A stretch of DNA of 64,000 nucleotides from an uncultured Bacteroidales bacterium (GCA_947074105.1 CAMTON010000001.1:45814-109813); one strand, 5' to 3'. Counted from the stretch's first letter, positions 10,581-20,029 are shown. Numbers and translations: made by a program. Notes: a model not told the origin generated them from the letters alone.

Positions 10581-11006
10581 TTATGGCTTCATATTATTTC
10601 TAACAGACTCAATGAAGCGGTCTACCACGGGAAGAAGCAAATCAACATCCTCACAGTCGCCACAGAGAGTTTCAAGTGGACAGCCACCTGTCTTTGTCCG
10701 GTTGATTATATATGGTACGACTGTATTACATTCTGTTTCTATACCGTATTTTTTCAGAAGTTTTAGTGCATTCTCACTTATTATATCTGTGTAAAGCCCC
10801 GATATCTTACCTGCGATCATAAGAGTTGCCGCACCTTTTCCGACTATCTTATCAGCTATAACGGCACCTTTAAGAAAAGCGGGATCAGAATAATAAAGTT
10901 CATAGATATCAATTACTCCTTTCCGGTCGAAAGTTCTTATTTCATCATTGTTGGATATAACACATGAGTGATTTCCTTCATGCAGCAAATCTATAATATT
11001 CTTCAT
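10581..11006 (-). CDS. DUF1893 (TM1506-like) protein
   Basis: IADKIVGKGAA and IINRTKTGGCPLE motifs. Confidence 0.85.
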   Translation of the reverse strand: MKNIIDLLHEGNHSCVISNNDEIRTFDRKGVIDIYELYYSDPAFLKGAVIADKIVGKGAATLMIAGKISGLYTDIISENALKLLKKYGIETECNTVVPYIINRTKTGGCPLETLCGDCEDVDLLLPVVDRFIESVRNNMKP

Positions 11007-11392
11007 TTTAACATTAATATTTAAATTAATAATTACCGTATCAAAAATACATATTTACTAAATGAGAATTCATTAATTTAAGTTATAGAAAAATACACCA
11101 TCATCAATACGCTGCAAAACCAAAGTGTTATAAAAGCAAACTATTTTAATGCATTTTTTATCATTTTGCATAAAAAACCGTCCATTTTGCTTTTAATCTA
11201 AATATTTATTCTTATTTTCGCATCAGTTTGCAATTAATTAATATTAATCACATAATTATCCAACAATCAAAGATTGTTAATACAAACATCAGTTTTAAAC
11301 TATTTTTTTTTGAGCATAGATATTTTTTATAAATCAAAAACAATTCAGATATATTTATCTACTAATTTTTATTAATTATCAATCAATATTTT

Positions 11393-12964
11393 ATGAGAAA
11401 AATTTTTACTCTTTTTGCATTAGCCGGAGCTTCATACATAACAGCCAGCGCTCAACAAGAACTTTTATCAACTGTAAACTCTTATGTTTACGAACAGGGA
11501 ATGTCAGTCCCTTCTACACCGGATGCTTCAAACAAATATTTTTATAATGAAAATAACGAACTTGTTTCTGAATTGAACATCAAAGGTTCATCAAATGAAA
11601 AATATACTTACGAATATAATGAGGACGGTTCTCTGAAATCTGTATCGACATTCAAAAAAGATAAGAGCTATACTCCGTTCACTATTAGTGAGAAAAAAGA
11701 ATATGTTTATGACTCAGAAAACAGACTTGAGGAAGTAGCTATTTTCACAGCAACAGGAGAGGTGAAAAATTATCTTGTATATCTATATGAAAATGGTGGA
11801 ACTTATTATTCTGACGTAAAGACTTACAATGCTACTAAAGAAACATGCAGCACATGGGAAAAACACAGATATGAGTTTGACGAAAACAACTTAGTAGTAA
11901 AAGAAAAATTAAGTTATTACTACGAAAGCAGAGATAGTGAAGTTGATGGTAACTACTATACTTTTGAATATGAAGAAGGTATCCTGGTAAAAAAATCAAC
12001 ATTCAACAAAAACAATGTTGAAACAGAAAAGATCGTTTATTCATACGAAGACGGAAAATGTGTTAAAGAAACTATCACTAACCGTACGGCAAATATCACA
12101 GACAAAGTATTGACTTACTCTACTTATTCTGCAGATTTTGCTCCGGTTAATCTTTCTGCGGAAATTCTTGAATCTCATCCTGTATCTAACAGTGTGAAAT
12201 TCACATGGGAAGCTCCTGCTAACACTGAAGTTGACGGTTATACTGTATATGTAGGTTCTGATTCTAAATATGTTTCAGAAACTGAGTGTGTGTTCGAATC
12301 TCTTCCAAACGGAGTAAACAGCGCTTTTGTTGTAGCGATGGTAGGTAATACAGAAAAAAATCGCTCTTCTGAAATCGATGTTGAAGTTGAAGATAAAAAC
12401 ATGGTTCCGGCTTCTAATCTTAGAATTGAATCTTCTTCTATTTCGACAGGATGGTCAAATCAGTACACAATTAATTTTGAATGGGAAAAGCCTGAAACTA
12501 CATCTGAAATTATCGGTTATATATTCACAGACTTTAATTCATCTGAAGTTACTGTAACAACAGAATCTTACAGCAAAACATATATGGCTTATCAGGTTGA
12601 GGTAACTGATGAAAACGGTGTGGAAGTAGGTATTGATTTCAGCGTTTCTGTAAAAGTAATCTACGCGACAGGTGTTTCTGAACCATCTGAGCAGTTAGTT
12701 TTCAATCCATATATTTTTGCGACAGGTATCGAAGGAACTGTGGCTGAAGGTTCAGGAATTACTATTTATCCAAATCCTGCAACAGAAGTAATTTTCTTCT
12801 CTCAGCCATCGGCTGCTTATGTTTACTCTATGGATGGATCACTTGTTATCTCTTCTGCATCTGCAGTAAACAGTCTTGATGTTACTTCACTTGTAAAAGG
12901 TTCTTATGTCGTGAAAACAGTAACTGATTCTAAAGTTTCAACTCAGATCATAATTAAAAAATAA
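11393..12964 (+). CDS. Secreted T9SS cargo protein: YD/RHS-like beta-hairpin repeats, two Fn3-like domains and a type A CTD
   Basis: Signal peptide; repeats such as YTYEYNEDGSL, YVYDSENRL and YEFDENNL; FTWEAP and FEWEKP Fn3 motifs; CTD IYPNPA...VYSMDG...GSYVVK...KIIIKK-type ending (TQIIIKK). Confidence 0.85.
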   Translation: MRKIFTLFALAGASYITASAQQELLSTVNSYVYEQGMSVPSTPDASNKYFYNENNELVSELNIKGSSNEKYTYEYNEDGSLKSVSTFKKDKSYTPFTISEKKEYVYDSENRLEEVAIFTATGEVKNYLVYLYENGGTYYSDVKTYNATKETCSTWEKHRYEFDENNLVVKEKLSYYYESRDSEVDGNYYTFEYEEGILVKKSTFNKNNVETEKIVYSYEDGKCVKETITNRTANITDKVLTYSTYSADFAPVNLSAEILESHPVSNSVKFTWEAPANTEVDGYTVYVGSDSKYVSETECVFESLPNGVNSAFVVAMVGNTEKNRSSEIDVEVEDKNMVPASNLRIESSSISTGWSNQYTINFEWEKPETTSEIIGYIFTDFNSSEVTVTTESYSKTYMAYQVEVTDENGVEVGIDFSVSVKVIYATGVSEPSEQLVFNPYIFATGIEGTVAEGSGITIYPNPATEVIFFSQPSAAYVYSMDGSLVISSASAVNSLDVTSLVKGSYVVKTVTDSKVSTQIIIKK

Positions 12965-12994
12965 TTCAAAATAATTTTTGAAAACTTTATAACT

Positions 12995-13030
12995 AATGCC
13001 TCCGTAATAATTATTACGGAGGCATTTTTT
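12995..13030 (+). terminator. Rho-independent terminator
   Basis: Perfect 32-bp palindrome AATGCCTCCGTAATAATTATTACGGAGGCATT followed by a T-tract. Confidence 0.85.
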
Positions 13031-13277
13031 ATCCCTGCAGTTTAATTATTATTCATATTATTTTATTAAATAATATTATAGCTCTTTGTTTCTTTCTTCT
13101 GAATCAATTTGTTATCTTCAATAAGATTTTTTTATTTAAAATTCAATAACATGTCTTTTTTAATTTATTAACCTACATTGGATTAATAAGACCTATTTTT
13201 GATATTAATTTGTTCAAATTATAGATGTGTTACGTATTTAAGGTAGAAAATCTCTTTCCTTATCAGGATAAATTAGA

Positions 13278-14498
13278 ATGTATTTAAAAAAAATAATATC
13301 GCTTATATTTTGTTTTGTATTGGTATCGGTTTCTGCTCAGGAGACTGACGAATATGTCGTTATAGACCCCGAATCTATAGAACCTACCGTAGTAGATACT
13401 GAGATTTCTAAATCAGCAAAAGAAAAAAATCTTCGTTTCAGTGTTTTGGGAGGCCCGGGCTATACTCCGGATTTTGGATTCGTCATAGGGGGATCTGCAT
13501 TGTTTACCTTTAAGTTTGATCCCGAAGATGAACATCTACAGAGAAGCGTAATGCCGATTGCCTTCGGTCTTACTTTTGCCAAACCTTTAGGAATCAACGT
13601 CATGATTAAGCCTCAGATGTTTTTCAAACACGATCATGTAAGGCTTTTCGGGACATTCATATATAAGAACACCAATGATAATTATTATGGTGTAGGATAT
13701 AAAAACAATCACCGTGTAAAAAGAGGAGAAGCCACTGAGTTTACGTCAAGCGCAATTCAGATCAATCCGATAGTATTGTTCCGCCTTGGTGAATCTAGTT
13801 TTTATGCAGGTCCAATGATTGATTTTTATAAAGAGAAGATTACTGACCCAGGTTCCTATGTAAGAAACGATCCTGTTTATCTGGAACAGGGAGGGACGGC
13901 TGAAGGTATAAAAATCCGTTCAGTCGGTGCCGGAGGTATTTTTTCATATGATACACGAGATGTTGCCGCTAATGCCTATGAAGGGGTTTATTTTGAACTT
14001 AAAGGAACATATTATGCTAAACCGTTCGGTAGTGATTTCGGATTCGGTTCAGTTCAGTTTGATTATCGCCAGTATCTGAAACTACCGGCTTTGGGTGACA
14101 GAAGAGTTCTTGCATGGAACATAATAAGTAAGAATTCCTTCGGAGATATCCCGTTTACACGCTATCCTCTTATAGGAAATCCATTTGACCTCAGAGGATA
14201 TTATATGGGGCAATACAGAAATAAATCTACTCTTGTCGGACTTGCGGAATACAGACATATGTTCAATTTCGGATATGACACAAAATGGGAACGATTCTTC
14301 AGCAGATTCGGATTTGCAGCATGGGCCGGAGCAGGACTCCTCGGTTCAAATCCGATAAAATATGAAAGAGTCCTTCCGAATTTCGGTGCAGGACTAAGAA
14401 TAGAATTGCAACCGAGGATGAACTTCAGACTTGATATAGGCAGAAGTCCTGTTGATAAACAGACGCTTATTTATTTCAACATGACAGAGGCATTTTAA
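13278..14498 (+). CDS. BamA/TamA (Omp85)-family outer-membrane beta-barrel without POTRA domains
   Basis: Signal peptide, YDTRD, LRGYYMGQYR (VRGY-like) and GAGLR motifs, and C-terminal EAF. Confidence 0.8.
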   Translation: MYLKKIISLIFCFVLVSVSAQETDEYVVIDPESIEPTVVDTEISKSAKEKNLRFSVLGGPGYTPDFGFVIGGSALFTFKFDPEDEHLQRSVMPIAFGLTFAKPLGINVMIKPQMFFKHDHVRLFGTFIYKNTNDNYYGVGYKNNHRVKRGEATEFTSSAIQINPIVLFRLGESSFYAGPMIDFYKEKITDPGSYVRNDPVYLEQGGTAEGIKIRSVGAGGIFSYDTRDVAANAYEGVYFELKGTYYAKPFGSDFGFGSVQFDYRQYLKLPALGDRRVLAWNIISKNSFGDIPFTRYPLIGNPFDLRGYYMGQYRNKSTLVGLAEYRHMFNFGYDTKWERFFSRFGFAAWAGAGLLGSNPIKYERVLPNFGAGLRIELQPRMNFRLDIGRSPVDKQTLIYFNMTEAF

Positions 14499-14500
14499 AT

Positions 14501-14549
14501 AAAAAGATAAACCTGATGAAAAAAATAATTTCATCAGGTTTATCTTTTT
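14501..14549. terminator. Bidirectional terminator between convergent genes
   Basis: Inverted repeat AAAAAGATAAACCTGATGAA / TTCATCAGGTTTATCTTTTT. Confidence 0.85.
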
Positions 14550-14563
14550 ATAATATTGGCACA

Positions 14564-15745
14564 TCATGCAGACGGAGTAACAGACTGCATCTTAATCATC
14601 TCATCCGCAAAGGCTTCCATATCTTCATCTGTAGTATTCTTACAAGCTGACTTAATAGAAATAACTTTATTACAGATTTTAATGTCTATCATAGAATTAA
14701 GAATTGGAGTAAGAATTCGGGCAACAGCCGGAGCCCAGGATCCGTTTTCAAGTATTCCTACATTCCTTTTCTGATAATTACGTCCCTTTAAATGTGAAAT
14801 GAAAAATTCCATAGGGGGAAACAATGCCGCATCGTGGGTCGCTGATGCCAGTATAACAGAGTCGAATCTGAAAGCATAATCGACAGCATAGGAAACATCC
14901 TGCCTGGCCAGGTCAAAAAGGACTACGTTTTTTACTCCTTTATTCTCAAAGACTTTAGCTAGTTTTTTTGCAGCGTAAGCTGTATTTCCATATATAGACG
15001 CATAAGCAATAAACACTCCTGAGTATTCAGGCTCATAACTGCTCCATGACTGATATTTGTTTATATAAGCAGATATATTATTTTCAAGCAGCGGACCATG
15101 AAGTGATGCTATTTTTGAAATTCCCAGTGGTGCCAGTTTCTTCAGAAGTATCTGTACTTGATTTCCGTATTTTCCGATTATATTGAAATAATATCTTCCG
15201 GCTTCTTTATCCCAGTCTTCTTCATAGATTAAAGAACCGAATGTTCCGAAAGCATCAGCGGAAAAAAGAATCTTTTCAGTTGACTCAAATGAAACCATAA
15301 CTTCGGGCCAGTGAACCATTGGCGCCATATAGAAGTTTAATTTGTGTTTGCCCAGATCAAGCATATCTCCTTCTGTAACAACAACCTTATTTGCTTCAAT
15401 ATCAATATCGAAAAACTGATATATCATACTGAATGTCCGGGCATTGCCTACAACTTTTGCGTTTGGGTATTTTTCGAGAAATGTTGAGATACAAGACGAA
15501 TGATCTGGCTCCATGTGGTGAATCACAAGATAGTCCGGAACAGAACCATTTAAAGCCGATTCTAGATTTTTGAACCAATCGTTTGACATTCTTATATCCA
15601 CAGTATCCATCACTGCAATTTTCTCATCTTTTATAAGATAAGAATTGTAGGTTATTCCGTTAGGTACGGGATATTGATTTTCAAAATATTCAAGGGTTTT
15701 ATCATAGACCCCTATATACATTATTGAATCTGAAATTTCATTCAT
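14564..15745 (-). CDS. fprA: FprA family A-type flavoprotein (flavodiiron O2/NO reductase)
   Basis: HHMEPDHS, PMVHWPE and FSADAFG metallo-beta-lactamase motifs plus a flavodoxin domain (YASIYGNT). Confidence 0.93.
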   Translation of the reverse strand: MNEISDSIMYIGVYDKTLEYFENQYPVPNGITYNSYLIKDEKIAVMDTVDIRMSNDWFKNLESALNGSVPDYLVIHHMEPDHSSCISTFLEKYPNAKVVGNARTFSMIYQFFDIDIEANKVVVTEGDMLDLGKHKLNFYMAPMVHWPEVMVSFESTEKILFSADAFGTFGSLIYEEDWDKEAGRYYFNIIGKYGNQVQILLKKLAPLGISKIASLHGPLLENNISAYINKYQSWSSYEPEYSGVFIAYASIYGNTAYAAKKLAKVFENKGVKNVVLFDLARQDVSYAVDYAFRFDSVILASATHDAALFPPMEFFISHLKGRNYQKRNVGILENGSWAPAVARILTPILNSMIDIKICNKVISIKSACKNTTDEDMEAFADEMIKMQSVTPSA

Positions 15746-15899
15746 ATGGAATATATTTTAGTTTTTTTGGTCATATTCATGATATTGTCACTGGATCTTA
15801 TAGAAACATCTTCCCGCAACTATTTGTTTAACCTTTATCTTTTGTTTTTAGGAATTTTAAACCCTAATTGCTCTTATCATTACATATTGTATAAATAAC

Positions 15900-15942
15900 A
15901 AGGACTATACAATTTTATATATCAAAATTGCATAGTCCTTTT
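15900..15942 (-). terminator. Terminator-like hairpin downstream of metY
   Basis: AAGGACTATACAATTTT...AAAATTGCATAGTCCTT inverted repeat. Confidence 0.65.
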
Positions 15943-15965
15943 ATATGACAGAAAGAAATGAATAA

Positions 15966-17252
15966 TTATATTTTTTCTAATGCCTGTTCTATATCAGCAA
16001 GAAGATCATCAATGTGTTCAGTACCGATAGAAAGTCTTATTGTGCCCGGTTTAATATCCTGTTCTGCAAGTTCCTGCTCGTTAAGCTGGGAATGTGTTGT
16101 TGTCGCAGGGTGTATCACAAGAGATTTTGAGTCTGCCACATTCGCCAGAAGAGAAAATATATTAAGAGAATCAATAAACTTATGAGCTTTTTCAACACCT
16201 CCGTCTACCTCAAAAGTAAAGATAGATCCGGCTCCTTTTGGGAAGTATTTTTTATAAAGATCATTGTCCGGATGAGTGTTAAGAGACGGATGATTAACTT
16301 TAGCCACTTTTGGATGATCATTAAGATAGTTTACTACTTTAATAGCGTTTTCCACATGTCTGTCCAGACGAAGAGATAATGTTTCCACTCCCTGAAGAAG
16401 AAGGAAAGCATTAAATGGACTTATAGTTGCTCCTTTATCACGAAGAAGAATAGCTCTTATTCTTACAACATAGGCAGCAGGTCCTACAGCTTCCGTAAAA
16501 CGAATACCATGGTAGCTCGGATCAGGTTCGCTTAACTGTGGAAATTTACCGGAAGCGGCCCAGTCGAATTTTCCGGAATCTACAATGACACCACCCAGTG
16601 TTGTACCATGACCTCCAATGAATTTTGTAGCTGAATGAACCACAATATCAGCACCGTGATCAAAAGGTCGAATAAGATATGGTGTACCGAACGTATTGTC
16701 TACAATCAAAGGTATCCCATGTTTATGAGCAATATCGGCAACTGCACGGATATCTATAATGTTCGAATGAGGATTACCCAAAGTCTCTATAAAGATCGCT
16801 TTCGTATTATCCTGAATAGCATTTTCAAAATTTTGCAGATCTGAAGGATCAACAAAAGTTGTATTTACTCCGTGATTTTTGAAAGTATGAGCAAGAAGGT
16901 TATAACTTCCTCCATATATAGTTTTTGCTGAAACTATATGATCACCGGATTTTGTAATGTTTTCGAACGCATAAGTAATTGCAGCTGCTCCTGATGCCAC
17001 AGCTAGTGCTGCTACCCCACCTTCCAGAGCTGCTATACGGTCTTCAAAAACTCCCTGAGTAGAGTTTGTAAGTCTTCCGTATATATTTCCGGCGTCTGAA
17101 AGTCCAAAACGGGCAGCTGCATGAGCTGAATCACGGAATACATATGAAGTGGTCTGATAAATCGGTACTGCGCGTGCATCTGTAGCCGGATCCGGCTGTT
17201 CCTGACCAACATGTAACTGAAGAGTTTCGAAGTGTAATTTAGATCTGTCCAT
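15966..17252 (-). CDS. metY: O-acetylhomoserine aminocarboxypropyltransferase / sulfhydrylase
   Basis: PIYQTTSYVF motif, HSATKFIGGHG PLP-lysine motif, and HPATTTHSQL. Confidence 0.95.
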   Translation of the reverse strand: MDRSKLHFETLQLHVGQEQPDPATDARAVPIYQTTSYVFRDSAHAAARFGLSDAGNIYGRLTNSTQGVFEDRIAALEGGVAALAVASGAAAITYAFENITKSGDHIVSAKTIYGGSYNLLAHTFKNHGVNTTFVDPSDLQNFENAIQDNTKAIFIETLGNPHSNIIDIRAVADIAHKHGIPLIVDNTFGTPYLIRPFDHGADIVVHSATKFIGGHGTTLGGVIVDSGKFDWAASGKFPQLSEPDPSYHGIRFTEAVGPAAYVVRIRAILLRDKGATISPFNAFLLLQGVETLSLRLDRHVENAIKVVNYLNDHPKVAKVNHPSLNTHPDNDLYKKYFPKGAGSIFTFEVDGGVEKAHKFIDSLNIFSLLANVADSKSLVIHPATTTHSQLNEQELAEQDIKPGTIRLSIGTEHIDDLLADIEQALEKI

Positions 17253-17500
17253 AATCTTTAATATTTTAATAGTTTGTTTATTTTCAATTTATGATGAATT
17301 CAAAAGTCTTATTCTTATGCTTCATCAGCTTTTACATTTATATAAGAGTAAATCTGTTATAAGAATCTCTTATTTTTCTTACAATATTAGATATTAAAGA
17401 ATTATAGAACAATAGTTTTTATTTCTTTGGTTTTTATTACTATTATATTAGGTTTAAATAGAATTTGTGTACATTTGGAAGCGAAAATAATTATAGTTTA

Positions 17501-17515
17501 CAGAATAATATTCTT
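17501..17515. promoter_or_regulatory. Candidate Lrp/AsnC-family binding box upstream of metY
   Basis: CAGAATAATATTCTT is near-palindromic and resembles the Lrp consensus YAGHAWATTWTDCTR. It sits next to a minus-strand TATTTTCG -7-like element at 17482-17489. Confidence 0.45.
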
Positions 17516-17610
17516 TCCGTTAAAATGATATTTTTTGCGATTTTTCTAAAAGATCTGAGAATATATAGTTATTTGATATTTTAATTCAATGTATCTGCCT
17601 TTTAAAAAAG

Positions 17611-17766
17611 AAAAGTATTATACATAGTTATGATTCTCTGAAAGTGATCTCTTACCTTTTTACCGTCGATACCTAAAAGGTATATATATATATGATTCTC
17701 TGAAAGTGATCTCTCACCTTTTTACCGTTGATACCTAAAAGTATTATACATAGTTATGGTTCTCTG
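17611..17766. repeat. ~63-bp tandem repeat, 2.5 copies
   Basis: Units start at 17611, 17675 and 17737 (AAAAGTATTATACATAGTTATGATTCTCTGAAAGTGATCTCTTACCTTTTTACCGTCGATACCT). Confidence 0.9.
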
Positions 17767-17823
17767 CATTATAATTCATTGTAACTATCTTTTAAAACAG
17801 ATTAATTTATATAACCACTTAAT

Positions 17824-18285
17824 ATGGAAACATTAGATAAAACAGACATTCTTCTTCTTAAAATATTACAGGAGAACTCAAATCTTACAACAAAAGAGCT
17901 TGCCTCTAAAGTGAATCTCTCAACCACACCTGTTTTTGAACGACTTAAAAGACTGGAAAACGGAGGATATATAAAAAAATATGTGGCGGTGCTTGACGCA
18001 GCAAAACTTAATCGTGGTTTTGTGGTTTTTTGCAGTGTGAAACTAAGAAGACTAAACAAAGAGATAGCAAATAATTTTGTAAGCACTATTCAGAACATTG
18101 ATGAAGTGACCGAATGTTATAACATCTCGGGAGATTACGATTATCTTCTTAAAATACATGCTCCTGATATGAAATATTATCAGGAATTCATTATTAATGT
18201 ATTAGGAACTATAGACAGCCTGGGATCTTTAATGAGTACTTTTGTCATGCATGAGGAAAAACATCTTTATGGTATTCCCGTATGA
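17824..18285 (+). CDS. Lrp/AsnC family transcriptional regulator
   Basis: LDKTD...LQEN...ELASKVNLSTTPVFERLKRLE HTH plus RAM domain ECYNISGDYDYLLK; divergent from metY. Confidence 0.95.
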   Translation: METLDKTDILLLKILQENSNLTTKELASKVNLSTTPVFERLKRLENGGYIKKYVAVLDAAKLNRGFVVFCSVKLRRLNKEIANNFVSTIQNIDEVTECYNISGDYDYLLKIHAPDMKYYQEFIINVLGTIDSLGSLMSTFVMHEEKHLYGIPV

Positions 18286-18483
18286 TATTTAAATTCTGTT
18301 CATACTTATTTGATTTTTTCAGAGAATCAATATTCGAAAAGAGGTCTTCCAGAATGGTATTCTTATTTTATTCTTTTATTAAATTTCAAAATCGTATTGT
18401 GTAGATAAAAAAATGATTTGAAGACAAGATATACAACAAATAAAAAATTTAACAAAAGATGTGGTCTAATTTATTATAAAGCA

Positions 18484-18529
18484 ATGTCCTAAATGTGCTA
18501 ATGCATACTTATTAGCACATTTAGGACAT
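18484..18529. repeat. Perfect 19-bp inverted repeat with an 8-bp spacer
   Basis: ATGTCCTAAATGTGCTAAT-GCATACTT-ATTAGCACATTTAGGACAT. Confidence 0.9.
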
Positions 18530-19414
18530 GTAAAAATCAAAATATTATCTACTTCAAAGGCCGCAAAACAATTATAAAAACACTATCAAACTCTCTGTTT
18601 TACGCTATCCTCCAGGTTGTTACACTATCTAAGCGTACTTTGGACGTACTACTTTATACCCCGACGTAATTGTAAAGTATCTTATTTCTTGTTGATTTAT
18701 TTTTTGGGTGTTAAGTTTGCAATACAAAATCGAGGAAATCTTATTTAAAGCGTCTGTTTGAAAATAATGAAGATGGGTAAAATGAACAGACGCTTTTATT
18801 TTTCCGGAAAAGGAAATGTTTTTATATTGAAAAGAAGATGGTGTTATTGATTAAATATAAAATATTTTTCAGATTAGTCAATTTACTATTTTGCCGGCAT
18901 CTTAATCCTTGATTAGATATAATAAATATCAATCAGATTATGCCGGGAAAATGAATTGACAAAAAATACAAAAAAACTATACTAAAACTATACTATCTAA
19001 ATACTTAACCTGACCATGTTTGCATTTTTTAGTGGAGATATATTTTCTCCACTAAAAAATATCAGGAAGGATTGTTTATCGTAATTATGCTGTAAGTCAA
19101 AGAATCTAAGACATTAGCTTTCTGAAACCTATATTAATAAATAATTCTTTAACTTCTGAATTTTACGCCCTCTTTCTTTAAATCGTTTAGATTTATTAGC
19201 ACAAACTCATTTTTACCTTATTTTTTATTATTGTTTCTGATTTATTTCATACTCCTAACTTTAATTCTATCTGTTATTTCCATGCTTTAATTGTATCTTC
19301 GCATTAAATTTAATGCTTAGAGTATATTTATTTGTAATCATCATACTGCGTTAGAAAAGGGAATTATCAGATTATTCAATTAAAACAATCATTACTTATT
19401 ATAAAATCAAACTT

Positions 19415-20029
19415 ATGAAGAAGACTTCACTTACATTATTTGCAATATTATTCTGTTTTCTTACAGTTTTTGCATCGAATGACAGAAATACACGTCCTGT
19501 AAAAGATGACAAAAGCAGAAATGAAAGAAATGATAAAAATGACCGAAACAATAAGAATAACCATTATAACTCTTCCTCTCAGAAGAAATACAATACGACA
19601 TTATCTCCTTCTCAATTTAAGAACTCCAGATTTATAGAAGCTTCAAGATGGGGTAATAAAAATTTCATTAAAGGAAGATCAGGAAGTTATGACAGAAGAG
19701 GTGATGCTCACGGTGCACGCGGAATATGGCCTTATGCAGAATACCGTTTGAGCGGAGCACCAAAAGACGGCGAATATACTGTTACTGTTTATTACAGTAC
19801 TGAAAAACGTCTTCTTCCTAACAGACCTTATATTCTTGTTGGGATGAATAACCAGGACCCAAGAACTCTTAATGTAAAGAATACCAAAAGCGGATCGGTA
19901 AAAGCTACTTTTAAACTAAGCAGTTTCGGAAAAGATACTCCAAGTGTCAAATTATGGCTTCCTTCCGATGGTGTACAGATTGAAAAAATTGATATCAGAA
20001 GAACTCCTTCTTCAGGCGGAAGAAAGTAA
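19415..20029 (+). CDS. Hypothetical secreted basic protein
   Basis: Clean signal peptide, N/D/R/K low-complexity linker, beta-rich C-terminal domain, and a downstream terminator. Confidence 0.75.
   Translation: MKKTSLTLFAILFCFLTVFASNDRNTRPVKDDKSRNERNDKNDRNNKNNHYNSSSQKKYNTTLSPSQFKNSRFIEASRWGNKNFIKGRSGSYDRRGDAHGARGIWPYAEYRLSGAPKDGEYTVTVYYSTEKRLLPNRPYILVGMNNQDPRTLNVKNTKSGSVKATFKLSSFGKDTPSVKLWLPSDGVQIEKIDIRRTPSSGGRK

Noticed and set aside
17253-17500. SAM riboswitch upstream of metY
   Set aside because: The leader is extremely AT-rich, and I could not recognise a SAM-I/II core or a terminator.
17611-17766. CRISPR array (period about 63 bp)
   Set aside because: Whole units are near-identical with no unique spacers, there are only 2.5 copies, and no cas genes are in the window.
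18484-18529. A genuine loxP site or invertible promoter
   Set aside because: The arms bear no resemblance to loxP arms, and the 8-bp interior is too short to hold an invertible promoter.
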